From a virus (Duplodnaviria > Caudoviricetes): DNA of 64,000 nucleotides. The notes beneath the pieces were generated by a model. The model was not told the origin of the DNA. It worked only from the letters and a program-made list of their open reading frames with translations, and made no database searches. Below, one piece after another: positions 7,411 to 16,488 of the stretch. The position numbers and the translations under genes are program-made. The DNA lies in IMG/VR virus record IMGVR_UViG_3300015214_000004, positions 1-64,000 of that record, one strand, 5' to 3'. How positions within the stretch are numbered: the first letter of the stretch is position 1; every line of letters starts with the position of its first letter.

Positions 7411-8536
7411 AAACTTGCAACTATACAGAATACCATATGGACATGACCTATGGTATAAATTCAGGACGGTAGGGCTTACAGAAGAAGAAGCAAAGCAATT
7501 TGGACAAAAAGCGTTTGCCGGTGGAATAGGTGGAAGCGAGGCCGGTGTAATATGTGGGTTTGATAAACAATATGACAGCCCTATATGGCCATATCACCTT
7601 AAAATAGGAGACATAGACAGGAAAAAGGAAGAAAACGTAAGGATGATAACCGGAAGGGAAATAGAAGATACAGTAGCCCGTTTCTGGTCTCATTGGGGGG
7701 GCGATGAACAAAGTTTTATACAGAACATGTCAACCGCAACCATAATCAGGAAATGCCGTAATTTAAATGCTTATGTAGTAAACCCGAAATATCCGTGGTT
7801 ATTTGCATCTGTTGACAGGCTTATAAATGCAAAAGGAGGGATTAACCTGATAACAGGGGAGATGTTAAAAACAGAAGCTATATTGGAATGTAAGGCAATG
7901 GGACATTTCCGGTACACATCATTGGAAAATGGTGTTTCAAAAGCACACCTTGCCCAGATACATGTATATATGCTAATAATGGAAACAGACTATGCTGAGA
8001 TAGCCATGTTGGTAGATTCCGGTAAATTTATAGTCGAACCGATACAGAGAGACGAAACGTTCATGAAAGAAGTAATAGACACCACTAAATCGTTTTGGTA
8101 CGATAAAGTATTGCCCGGAAGAAAAGCATATGAAATGAAACAGAAATGCCTTTTAATGGGAGATTATCAAGGATCAGAGGCAAATGATGCAATAATACAA
8201 CAGATGGAACCGGAACCGGACAGTTCCCCGGCTTATAGGGAATATCTTGAAGAAAGGTATCAGAGGAACGCAGAGACACATGAAGGTTCATTTGAGGCTT
8301 TTGATTGGGCAAAAGAGGACAGGTTCTATTTGTCATTAAAAAACAAAATTGACGAAAAACAATCTTTGTTAAGGAACCGCCTGATAAAAGAAATGTCAGT
8401 AAATGCTGTAAAAAGGATTGACTTTGGAAGTTCAGGGAGTGTGGCGTGTGACAAGAAGTTCACAAACGGGCTAAAGGAAAAGCCGGACGATAAGTTTATA
8501 CAACAAGAGTTTAATAAATTGTCATGGAGGTATTGA
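7403..8536 (+). CDS. YqaJ / lambda-exonuclease family recombination nuclease
   Basis: GIGGSEAG, GREIE, HP-like NPKYPWLFASVD, ILECK and QIHVYM motifs. Confidence 0.85.
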   Translation: MNKNLQLYRIPYGHDLWYKFRTVGLTEEEAKQFGQKAFAGGIGGSEAGVICGFDKQYDSPIWPYHLKIGDIDRKKEENVRMITGREIEDTVARFWSHWGGDEQSFIQNMSTATIIRKCRNLNAYVVNPKYPWLFASVDRLINAKGGINLITGEMLKTEAILECKAMGHFRYTSLENGVSKAHLAQIHVYMLIMETDYAEIAMLVDSGKFIVEPIQRDETFMKEVIDTTKSFWYDKVLPGRKAYEMKQKCLLMGDYQGSEANDAIIQQMEPEPDSSPAYREYLEERYQRNAETHEGSFEAFDWAKEDRFYLSLKNKIDEKQSLLRNRLIKEMSVNAVKRIDFGSSGSVACDKKFTNGLKEKPDDKFIQQEFNKLSWRY

Positions 8537-8540
8537 TAAA

Positions 8541-8978
8541 ATGAGCATTAGTTTAACAGTGTACGGAGAGCCACAAGCGCTTAAAAGACATAGGTCGCAT
8601 CTTGTCGAGACAAAAGATGGAAGGAAATTCAATGTAGAATATGATCCGTCAAAAAAAGATAAGAAAAACTTTTTATATGCTGCAATTTATGACAATAAAC
8701 CAGAATGTCCATTTGAAGGACCGATAGAAACAGTTATGGTATTTTATATGCCCCGGCCAAAGAACCATTATGGTACAGGCAAAAATTCAGGCATATTAAA
8801 AAAGATAGTTGATTTCTTTCACTGGAAAAAGCCGGACGGGGACAATTTGCAGAAGTTTGTATGGGATGCTTTGAATGGAATATACTGGAAGGACGATTCA
8901 CAGATAGCAAAATGGTCAGGGATGAAGCTGTATACAGATTTACAGCCAAGAACTGAAATAGTAATTAGTCAATTATAA
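8541..8978 (+). CDS. rusA: Holliday junction resolvase, RusA family
   Basis: KKPDGDNLQKFVWDALNGIYWKDDSQI. Confidence 0.92.
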   Translation: MSISLTVYGEPQALKRHRSHLVETKDGRKFNVEYDPSKKDKKNFLYAAIYDNKPECPFEGPIETVMVFYMPRPKNHYGTGKNSGILKKIVDFFHWKKPDGDNLQKFVWDALNGIYWKDDSQIAKWSGMKLYTDLQPRTEIVISQL

Positions 8979-8998
8979 ACATTTAAACAAACAAAAAA

Positions 8999-9211
8999 AT
9001 GGAACTAAAAGTAAATTCAATTAAGTACAAAACTAAAGTGGACATTTCTATTTTATTAGAAGACGAACATGAAATTACAGCTTTAAAGAATGTATGTAGT
9101 ATTGCAGAACAGGCAATGGATGAGTGGATTAAAACTGCGGACAAAAAAAATGAATATGAAATCATTAAAAAGATATTTGAGGCAATAGGACGATCAGCGG
9201 AAAACATATAA
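8999..9211 (+). CDS. Hypothetical protein
   Basis: Operonic ORF. Confidence 0.45.
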   Translation: MELKVNSIKYKTKVDISILLEDEHEITALKNVCSIAEQAMDEWIKTADKKNEYEIIKKIFEAIGRSAENI

Positions 9212-9212
9212 T

Positions 9213-9797
9213 ATGAGTTCAGGACAAAAAATACCATTAGAAATAGCCTTAGAATATGGGAATAGATTTATGGACAAAATCAAACCCCATATCCTAAAGG
9301 GAGAGATTGCCGGGTCTATACGTAGACAATGCAAAGCAGTTGGGGATATCGAGATTGTCTGTGTCGAGAACAAAGAAAACCCATTATCTAATTTATTTGT
9401 ACCTGGTTATCCAGGAATGGTAAAAAACGGAGAAAGGATGAAAAGTTTCAAATATCCGAATAAAGGGCTTAGCTTTGAATTGTACATTGCACAACCGCAT
9501 GATTATGGAAGGATACTGGCGATAAGGACTGGATCAAGTTTTTTCAGCCATCACCAATTGGCAACTGCATGGAACAGGAGGGGTTTTTGTGGAACCGTTG
9601 ACGGTCTAAGGAAAAAATCGGAATGTGACCACAAAGGAAAAATATGGAAGATAAAACCGGAATACAAAGACAATCCAACATTGCCACCGGTTTTTGAAAC
9701 GGAAATAGACTTCTTTAACTTCCTTCAAATTGAATGGGTATTGCCAATTGACAGGAATTGGGTAAGTGATAAAAAGGAATTAAATTATAGCTTATGA
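9213..9797 (+). CDS. Minimal DNA polymerase X-family nucleotidyltransferase
   Basis: IAGSIRR..VGDIEIV and LAIRTGS match PolX palm motifs; no 8-kDa or PHP domain is present. Confidence 0.75.
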   Translation: MSSGQKIPLEIALEYGNRFMDKIKPHILKGEIAGSIRRQCKAVGDIEIVCVENKENPLSNLFVPGYPGMVKNGERMKSFKYPNKGLSFELYIAQPHDYGRILAIRTGSSFFSHHQLATAWNRRGFCGTVDGLRKKSECDHKGKIWKIKPEYKDNPTLPPVFETEIDFFNFLQIEWVLPIDRNWVSDKKELNYSL

Positions 9798-10234
9798 AAA
9801 CAATTGAATTAAAATTATTATTATCAGATGACCATTACAAATATCTTGAAAAAACAGCAAGTATATTACATATTTCATTAAATACACTGCTTAGAAATAT
9901 AATTTGGAGGCATTGTTCTGAAAATACAGGATCATCCGATATTGAGAAAAATCGTGAATCTATGAGAAATGACATTATTTCACCAGAAGAATGTTTTTCT
10001 CAGGATGACATTGATAGTGTTCATGTATACTCACGAGGATTGGTTTGTTGCTCTGTATGCTCCCCAAAAGAAATGACAATAGATGACTTGACAAAAATTG
10101 TCAACATTAAAAACCCTGCCGGGGAAAACCTTAAATGGGAACTATCAAAAGATGAAACATTCAAACAGGGAAACACAAATCCATGTGAATGTGATCAGGA
10201 TAAAAACAGGTTACACTATTTATTTAATTGTTAA
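9794..10234 (+). CDS. Hypothetical protein, possible N-terminal ribbon-helix-helix
   Basis: KTIELKLLLSDDHYKYLEKTA..SLNTLLRNII. Confidence 0.4.
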   Translation: MKTIELKLLLSDDHYKYLEKTASILHISLNTLLRNIIWRHCSENTGSSDIEKNRESMRNDIISPEECFSQDDIDSVHVYSRGLVCCSVCSPKEMTIDDLTKIVNIKNPAGENLKWELSKDETFKQGNTNPCECDQDKNRLHYLFNC

Positions 10235-10369
10235 ATCATTATATTTGCATTGTCCAATATTTAGATTTAAAATGAAAATATTTAAAATCATAGCCCCGGC
10301 AGAAAGTTTATTCATATCTCCTGATCTGAATATTGGACACCTTTCTCCGGGGTTTTTAAATTTAATATA

Positions 10370-11017
10370 ATGAGCAAAAGAATTGAATATAAAGAAAATG
10401 ATGTGATTAATGGGTTTGTCTTTATTAAAGATACAGAATATAGAGATAAGCGCAGGTTTGCAATATTTAAATGCCCTAAATGTAACAACGAGTTTGAAAC
10501 AAGAATAGATAGGATATTTAAAATAGAAACATGTGGGTGTTATAGATGGAATAAAAAACATGGATTATCGGGAACGAGGCTTCATATTATTTGGAGGAAT
10601 ATGATGGATAGGTGTTATAAATCTAATCATATTGAATATAAAAGATATGGAAATAGAAATATATCTGTTTGTAAAGCATGGTGTTCTTTTGAATGTTTTC
10701 ATGATTGGGCTATAAATAATGGTTATACAGATCAAAATACACTTGATAGAATTAATAATAATTTAGGTTATTTTCCTGATAATTGTAGGTGGACGGATAA
10801 ACATACTCAATCTGCAAACAGAAGAAAATTTAATAATAAATCATCGAAATATATTGGTGTTAGTTACCACGTGCGAAAAAGAAAATGGCAAGCAAGAATA
10901 CAGAGCAGGGGTAGAACTATATTTTACGGCACGTATGAATCAGAAATACAAGCCGCATTTGAAAGAGATAAGTTTTTAGTAAACAATAATTTATTAGAAT
11001 ATACACTTAATTTTTAA
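10370..11017 (+). CDS. HNH-like homing endonuclease with AP2 domain
   Basis: RLHIIWRNMMDRC, TLDRINNNLGYFPDNCRW, and SKYIGVSYH..KWQARI (AP2). Confidence 0.85.
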   Translation: MSKRIEYKENDVINGFVFIKDTEYRDKRRFAIFKCPKCNNEFETRIDRIFKIETCGCYRWNKKHGLSGTRLHIIWRNMMDRCYKSNHIEYKRYGNRNISVCKAWCSFECFHDWAINNGYTDQNTLDRINNNLGYFPDNCRWTDKHTQSANRRKFNNKSSKYIGVSYHVRKRKWQARIQSRGRTIFYGTYESEIQAAFERDKFLVNNNLLEYTLNF

Positions 11018-11021
11018 AATT

Positions 11022-12512
11022 ATGGAACAAGAAAAACAATCATTAGTAAGAAGTAATGTTAAGTTACCTGGAATCGTTGAAAATGCATACGATTCTATTG
11101 AAAAAATGAATCAATTTGCTGACATATTATTGGATAGCAAATTAGTTCCCGACCATTTCTACGAAAAAGGGGTAGATAAAAAACCTGATTATTCTAAAGG
11201 AAAAAGGTCGTCTGTGGCAGTTGTGCTTATTCATGCGCAACAATTAAACCTTCCTCCTATGACAGCGTTACAGCACATTATCCCTGTTAATGGTAGGCTT
11301 AGTATTAATGGAGAATTGGCCAAGACTATGATATTTAGTTCTGGTAAATTAAAACCAGGTTCATGGAAAGAAGAAGAAACAGGAAGTTTGGAAAAAGGTG
11401 ATTATGTTGTGAGTATTACAGCTGCAAGAAGTGATAATGGGGCGACATTAACAAGGTCTTTTGGTATTTCAGATGCTAAACGTGCCGGATTATGGATTGA
11501 CGAGGCTAAAACAATTGGTCAGGATGGTTGGAAGTGGAAACAATCAGCTTGGTGGAAATTTCCAAAGCGAATGTGTGGGTGGCGGGCGTTAGGCTTTCTC
11601 GCAAAAGACTTGTTTAGTGATGTTTTGATGAACACAATCACAACGGAAGAAGCGATGGACATCCCTCATGAAGATGTAACAAATATAGACCTTCCGAATG
11701 GCCAGAAAATAACAATCCCCGACAAAGAGTTCAATGCTGAACGTTCAAGGCAGCTTACCCAAAAAGCTGCCGAAGAAATAAAAAACAATAGCGATAAAGA
11801 ACAGAGAGTTGACCAGGAAAGCGGTGTTTTAGCAGGAGCATCAGAACAGGGTTATGACATAACAGCAACCCCCCCCGCGGATACCATAAAATATGAAGAA
11901 CATCTAAACGAACCGCAGGAGAAAAAGTACGTAATCAACAATTACACGATGGACGATTTACGGGAAATGGATGCTCCTGCATTGTCAGGTATACTTGATC
12001 AATACCAATTATTAAAAGAGGCCAAAGAAATCCTTCCCAAAAATAACACTGTTAAAAAGATGTTACGGATAGTCGAACTGTTTGATCAGGGTGAATTGGC
12101 AAAAGTCATTGATGAACATAAAGACAAACAGGCACAAGATAAACCTGTCAACGAAGGAATGAAAGGCATTTCAAAAGAAGAACTGAACTTTCAGGAAGAA
12201 ACCCCTGTAAACAACAATGACATTGCACCAAGCGATTTTGACAATGAAACATCAAAGAATGTATCAGGAGGAAACAATAAGTTTGGCATATCTTTCCCTG
12301 ACGTATCAGAAAGAAGCATAAAGGACGGCACAGGGTTTAAGAAGAAAAAAGAACTGTACGACAAGATGTTCAACGAAGCGTCATTGGATGCAAGGAAGTA
12401 TTCAATTATGTTGGACAAACTGCCTGAACTTCAAAAATACCGTAATCTTGAAGAATTCTGTGGGAACGCTACAAACGAAGAAGTAAATTTATTATTAAAC
12501 TCTTTGGATTGA
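11022..12512 (+). CDS. RecT-like single-strand annealing protein with long acidic C-terminus
   Basis: LNLPPMTALQHI.PVNGR and WWKFPKRMCGWRALGFLAKDLFSDVL; a YqaJ partner is in the same operon. Confidence 0.7.
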   Translation: MEQEKQSLVRSNVKLPGIVENAYDSIEKMNQFADILLDSKLVPDHFYEKGVDKKPDYSKGKRSSVAVVLIHAQQLNLPPMTALQHIIPVNGRLSINGELAKTMIFSSGKLKPGSWKEEETGSLEKGDYVVSITAARSDNGATLTRSFGISDAKRAGLWIDEAKTIGQDGWKWKQSAWWKFPKRMCGWRALGFLAKDLFSDVLMNTITTEEAMDIPHEDVTNIDLPNGQKITIPDKEFNAERSRQLTQKAAEEIKNNSDKEQRVDQESGVLAGASEQGYDITATPPADTIKYEEHLNEPQEKKYVINNYTMDDLREMDAPALSGILDQYQLLKEAKEILPKNNTVKKMLRIVELFDQGELAKVIDEHKDKQAQDKPVNEGMKGISKEELNFQEETPVNNNDIAPSDFDNETSKNVSGGNNKFGISFPDVSERSIKDGTGFKKKKELYDKMFNEASLDARKYSIMLDKLPELQKYRNLEEFCGNATNEEVNLLLNSLD

Positions 12513-12523
12513 TAAGTAAGGAC

Positions 12524-12560
12524 AAAAACACCCTATACAATATGTATTTGGGTGTTTTTT
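12524..12560 (+). terminator. Intrinsic terminator
   Basis: AAAAACACCC..GGGTGTTTTT hairpin after the recT-like gene. Confidence 0.7.
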
Positions 12561-12590
12561 ATATAAAATAATAAAATATATTAAGAAATA

Positions 12591-12623
12591 TTTGGAGATA
12601 ATAATAAATAATACTTATCTTTG
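12591..12623 (+). promoter_or_regulatory. Bacteroidota primary-sigma promoter for the RNA array
   Basis: TTTG (12591-12594), a 21-nt spacer, then TATCTTTG (12616-12623). Confidence 0.7.
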
Positions 12624-12655
12624 TCAAGAAGTTCTTTGATAAAATTCTTAAAACA

Positions 12656-13122
12656 AGAATCCGAACAGCAAAATATAAAAAACATAATTAAGGTTTATGC
12701 GAAAAAACCGGATTCTGTAAAAGGTATGAAACAGCAATATAAACGACCTGTCACGTCCGAGGCACTGGTTCGAATCCGGTACTGCTAAATGCGGTTGGTG
12801 TAGTGGTTAGCATGCGTAAAATACAATCCTGTAAAAGAACCGCAACAGCAAATAATCATTGTGTCATTGGTTCGATTCCAATTTCTTACTTTGTCGGAAT
12901 ACCTCAGGTGGTAGAGGAAATGAATAAAAATGCGGTTCTGTATAAGATCAGTTCAGCAAATTAAAAAAGATTCCGCGATTTGGAATTATAGTTTAATAGG
13001 TAGAATGCTAAATTAATAATTTAGAGGTTTCGGTTCGAATCCGTCTTAAAAGCTGATCTGTTTAAAGGGGGCGCACAGCAATTAAAAACAACAACCTGTT
13101 AAATTGTGAACATGTCCCCTGT
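12656..13122 (+). ncRNA. Tandem array of five Y-RNA-like (YrlA-like) units
   Basis: Units 12656-12718, 12722-12832, 12836-12941, 12945-13061 and 13066-13122. Each reads stem-(A/T)CAGCAA-insert-complementary stem-GT. Units 2-4 contain GGTTCGA(A/T)TCC T-arms and D-arms. Confidence 0.75.
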
Positions 13123-13152
13123 TTTATTGCTTTAATTTTAAAATTATATATT

Positions 13153-14823
13153 ATGTTCACAAACAAACAAAAATCATTATTCGAAGTACCTGTAAAACCA
13201 GGACAGTCAAAATCAAGCAATGCATTTGTCAATGCAGGTTTAAAAAAATCAGCCAAAACTTTATCTGGTAATATGGCTTTGAAGTATTCAACGACAGGCA
13301 ACCACTTTGTTGATCAATTTGGAAAATTAGGGGCATACAAATCCCCCCGGTCATTTAATGAAATATCTTCTGATACTCAGTTGCTATGGTCTTCAAACCC
13401 ATTTATTACTGTTTGTTTTATATTTTTTATCCGTATTGTAACAAGGATTGTTACATTATTTACCGGAGAAAAAACATCAACAGTACAAAGGGGCGCAGGG
13501 CTGAAACATGAAGGCATTATGAGGATGATATGGTTACACATCAATCATTCTGAAACATTTTGGAAAAATATTAAGTTGTATATTTCTATATCTTCATGGA
13601 AAGATATATTCAAAATGTTACAATATGACCTTGAATATAATGGATGGGATGGGCGCGTTTTGAATTGGAATGAGTTTGGTAACCTTATATTGGCAGGGCT
13701 TGAAAATCCTAATACGGTGAATTTGGTCAAAAAATATTTGCCTCAAATACAGGCCAGGAGCAAATGTACTACATTGAATTCGCAGTCAGATACCATGATA
13801 GGCAAGTGGATATGTTCGTTATTGAGTATTAATTATAAAGAATACCGTAAATTAAAAACATCTGGCAAGGCGCATGAATGGCAAAAGTTAATTTCTAATA
13901 AATTGTTTGATAAAATAGATTTCAATTCAATACACGGCAGGGCATTAGCCCTTATTGTTTCATCAAAGTTCATATCAAACCATAAATTAGAAGATAAGTA
14001 TGAATCATGGATAAAATCGCAGCCCGTTGCTAAGTTTACCGGATATGTACATGAATTGATGGCGAAAGTAACCCATAATATGAAAACGTATATGTCAGAA
14101 ACAATCAATAAGCAATTTTATGGGTTAGTTGAAACAGGAAAGAAAAATGCCAAAACAGAATCAGGCATTATTATTGTTCGGGACACATCAGGCTCTATGA
14201 CATCAACAGCAACAGGGACAAATGTTTCATGCTATAACATAGCTAAAGCGCTTGCATTATATTTTAGTGAATTTTTAACAGGTTATTTTGCGGATAGTTG
14301 GATAGAATTTAATACAAGTGCAAAAATGCATAAATGGGTTGGTAAATCTCCTGTCGAAAAATGGTTAAATGACAGGTCAGGCGTAATAGGGTCTACAAAT
14401 TTTCAATCTGTTATACTCCTATTTGTCAATATAAAAAGACAGGGCGTTAATGAAAGTGAATTTCCTTCCGGGATAGTGTGCATTTCAGATGGTGAATTTA
14501 ACCCATCCCAATTAGGTATAACAAATGTCCAGCAAGCATTGATTACATTAAAAGATGGGGGGTTTTCCGATGAATATATTAAAAATTTTAAGATAATACT
14601 CTGGAACCTACAATCAAATTATTATGGGCGTGGAACAGGTGAGAAATTTGAAACATATAGCAATGTTGATAATGTGTATTATTTCTCCGGTTACGATGGT
14701 TCTATAATATCGTTTTTAACAGGTGTTGATGGTAAAAGTGATAATATTAAGGAGCCTAAAAACGCAGAGGAACTATTTAATTTGGCTATGAATCAAGAAA
14801 TAATGAATAGGATTCAAATTTAA
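13153..14823 (+). CDS. Ro60/TROVE-like RNA-binding protein with vWA domain (DUF2828-type)
   Basis: LKYSTTGNHFVDQF N-terminus, helical repeat region, MIDAS RDTSGSM and ISDGEF, and a tRNA-like array immediately upstream. Confidence 0.75.
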   Translation: MFTNKQKSLFEVPVKPGQSKSSNAFVNAGLKKSAKTLSGNMALKYSTTGNHFVDQFGKLGAYKSPRSFNEISSDTQLLWSSNPFITVCFIFFIRIVTRIVTLFTGEKTSTVQRGAGLKHEGIMRMIWLHINHSETFWKNIKLYISISSWKDIFKMLQYDLEYNGWDGRVLNWNEFGNLILAGLENPNTVNLVKKYLPQIQARSKCTTLNSQSDTMIGKWICSLLSINYKEYRKLKTSGKAHEWQKLISNKLFDKIDFNSIHGRALALIVSSKFISNHKLEDKYESWIKSQPVAKFTGYVHELMAKVTHNMKTYMSETINKQFYGLVETGKKNAKTESGIIIVRDTSGSMTSTATGTNVSCYNIAKALALYFSEFLTGYFADSWIEFNTSAKMHKWVGKSPVEKWLNDRSGVIGSTNFQSVILLFVNIKRQGVNESEFPSGIVCISDGEFNPSQLGITNVQQALITLKDGGFSDEYIKNFKIILWNLQSNYYGRGTGEKFETYSNVDNVYYFSGYDGSIISFLTGVDGKSDNIKEPKNAEELFNLAMNQEIMNRIQI

Positions 14824-14826
14824 CTT

Positions 14827-14851
14827 AAAAGGGGATATGTCCCCTTTTTTT
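14827..14851 (+). terminator. Intrinsic terminator
   Basis: AAAAGGGGA-TATG-TCCCCTTTTTT. Confidence 0.8.
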
Positions 14852-14863
14852 AATTGTATAATT

Positions 14864-15010
14864 ATGGCAAAGAAAAACACAAGCATATCAATAGAAGAAG
14901 AAGTGCTGACACAAGCAGAAGAACAATGCAAAAAAGAGAAAAGGAGTTTTAGCAGCATGGTAGAACTTTTAGTGGAAAAATATCTTAACTACATAAATAA
15001 CAAAAAATAA
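14864..15010 (+). CDS. Small ribbon-helix-helix regulator (48 aa, not in the ORF track)
   Basis: MAKKNTSISIEEEVLTQAEEQCKKEKRSFSSMVELLVEKYL. Confidence 0.65.
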   Translation: MAKKNTSISIEEEVLTQAEEQCKKEKRSFSSMVELLVEKYLNYINNKK

Positions 15011-15011
15011 T

Positions 15012-15197
15012 ATGTGGATATTTGTAAAGGACACTGCTATAATGGCTACGGCGCAGAAGGAACAGACAGCAAAAAGAATAGCGATGAAGATAAAAGGAAA
15101 AGGGTATAAGGTAATCCATGCAGATGAAATACTTCCAGTTGAAGATGTTTGGGATTTGGATTTACGGTTGCAAATGAGCCATTTAAAACGAACTTAA
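15012..15197 (+). CDS. Hypothetical protein
   Basis: Operonic ORF ending just before attC-like site F. Confidence 0.45.
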   Translation: MWIFVKDTAIMATAQKEQTAKRIAMKIKGKGYKVIHADEILPVEDVWDLDLRLQMSHLKRT

Positions 15198-15200
15198 ATT

Positions 15201-15890
15201 GAAATAACGGTGGGTATATGGTGCGTGGCGTTCAATTACGCACTGAATTAGATACGAAGAACTGAACTAGTAATTTATTTTTTTGCGATGGCAAAATTAA
15301 ATGGAATTGGATCTCACCAATCGGCTAATATGAAAAACGACGAATGGTTAACTCCTCCCGAATTAATTAAAAAATTAGGGCCTTTCGACTTGGATCCTTG
15401 CGCTCCAATTAATAGACCATGGGAAATGGCTAAAAAACATTTCACTATAAATGATAATGGTTTATTGCAACCTTGGAATGGTTTTGTTTGGTGTAATCCT
15501 CCATACGGATTAGAGGCGGCAAAATGGTTAGAAAAATTAGCCAATTATGGAAATGGAATTGCTTTGATATTTGCCAGGACTGAAACAGATATGTTTTTTA
15601 GGTGGGTTTGGAATAAGGCATCTTCATTACTATTTATTGAAGGTAGATTGTATTTTCATTACGTTGATGGATCCAAAGCAAAAGCAAATAGTGGGGCACC
15701 TTCTGTTTTGGTAGCTTATGGATCCGAAGCTACGGATAGGCTTAAAAACTCAGGAATTAACGGAATGCACATTTATCTTAACAGTTTTGAAAAAACTGAA
15801 GCGCGTGGGCAAAAAATAAATTACGGTCAATCTGTGATAAACTTTGAAACGGAGCACGGATAGCCATGCACTATATACCGTGTTATGTTG
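15201..15890. other. attC-like site F with a methyltransferase gene in its loop
   Basis: GAAATAAC-GGTG-GGTATATGGTGCGTGGC pairs with GCCATGCACTATATACC-GT-GTTATG. The loop start shares AATTACG.ACT..TT.GATACGAAGAAC with site E. Confidence 0.75.
15288..15863 (+). CDS. Phage DNA N6-adenine methyltransferase (Dam-like family)
   Basis: DEWLTP, FDLDPCA, WCNPPYG, LIFARTET and SGAPS motifs. Confidence 0.9.
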   Translation: MAKLNGIGSHQSANMKNDEWLTPPELIKKLGPFDLDPCAPINRPWEMAKKHFTINDNGLLQPWNGFVWCNPPYGLEAAKWLEKLANYGNGIALIFARTETDMFFRWVWNKASSLLFIEGRLYFHYVDGSKAKANSGAPSVLVAYGSEATDRLKNSGINGMHIYLNSFEKTEARGQKINYGQSVINFETEHG

Positions 15891-15921
15891 TCGTTTTAAT
15901 GCAACATAACAGTTATATGTA
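15882..15921. other. 29-bp mini-cassette followed by a second attI-like site
   Basis: GTTATGTTG..CAACATAAC (15882-15910), then AG-TTATATGTA, the same spacing as at 2594-2607. Confidence 0.6.
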
Positions 15922-16092
15922 TTTATCAACAGATCAGGATACATAAAGTAATCCGGTTGTTAAATAAAATACAAGGCTTAAATAATAATTTGGAGCAACA
16001 CAGTATAAGATATTCCCATGCCATAAAAGCAATGGAGGAATTAAAAGATTATATTGAATCCGTAACAACTAATAAATAGCTTACATCAAAAA

Positions 16093-16488
16093 ATGAAAAC
16101 ACAACAAGAGTATCCAACAGACACAGGGCAAGGCTGCATAATATGGGCAATAGTATTTATATTGCTTGCGGTATGGGCTTTGTCAGCCAGTTCACAAACA
16201 ACGTTTAACCCGGCAGAATGGGAGAAAGCCAACAGGCTTGAAAACACTCTTACACTGATACAGTATGGGTGTGTTGGCCTCTCATTTTATGGATTAGAAA
16301 CACATGAAAGTTCATTGATATGGGCTGGTTTTTTGTTTTCCCTGTCAGTAGAACTGTTTAAGATTGATATTGAAAAACGCAATTTAAGGCTTTATTTTGA
16401 GCCAATGTATCAAGAAGCTGTAATCGCTATACCGATAAACAGAAAACACGTTAAACGTAACAAAAAGCATAAATATGAAGATAATTGA
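16093..16488 (+). CDS. Hypothetical membrane protein
   Basis: Hydrophobic segments. Confidence 0.5.
   Translation: MKTQQEYPTDTGQGCIIWAIVFILLAVWALSASSQTTFNPAEWEKANRLENTLTLIQYGCVGLSFYGLETHESSLIWAGFLFSLSVELFKIDIEKRNLRLYFEPMYQEAVIAIPINRKHVKRNKKHKYEDN

Noticed and set aside
12722-13061. Bona fide tRNA genes
   Set aside because: T-arms precede D-arms or lack a downstream acceptor strand; acceptor stems are closed loops with no CCA end.
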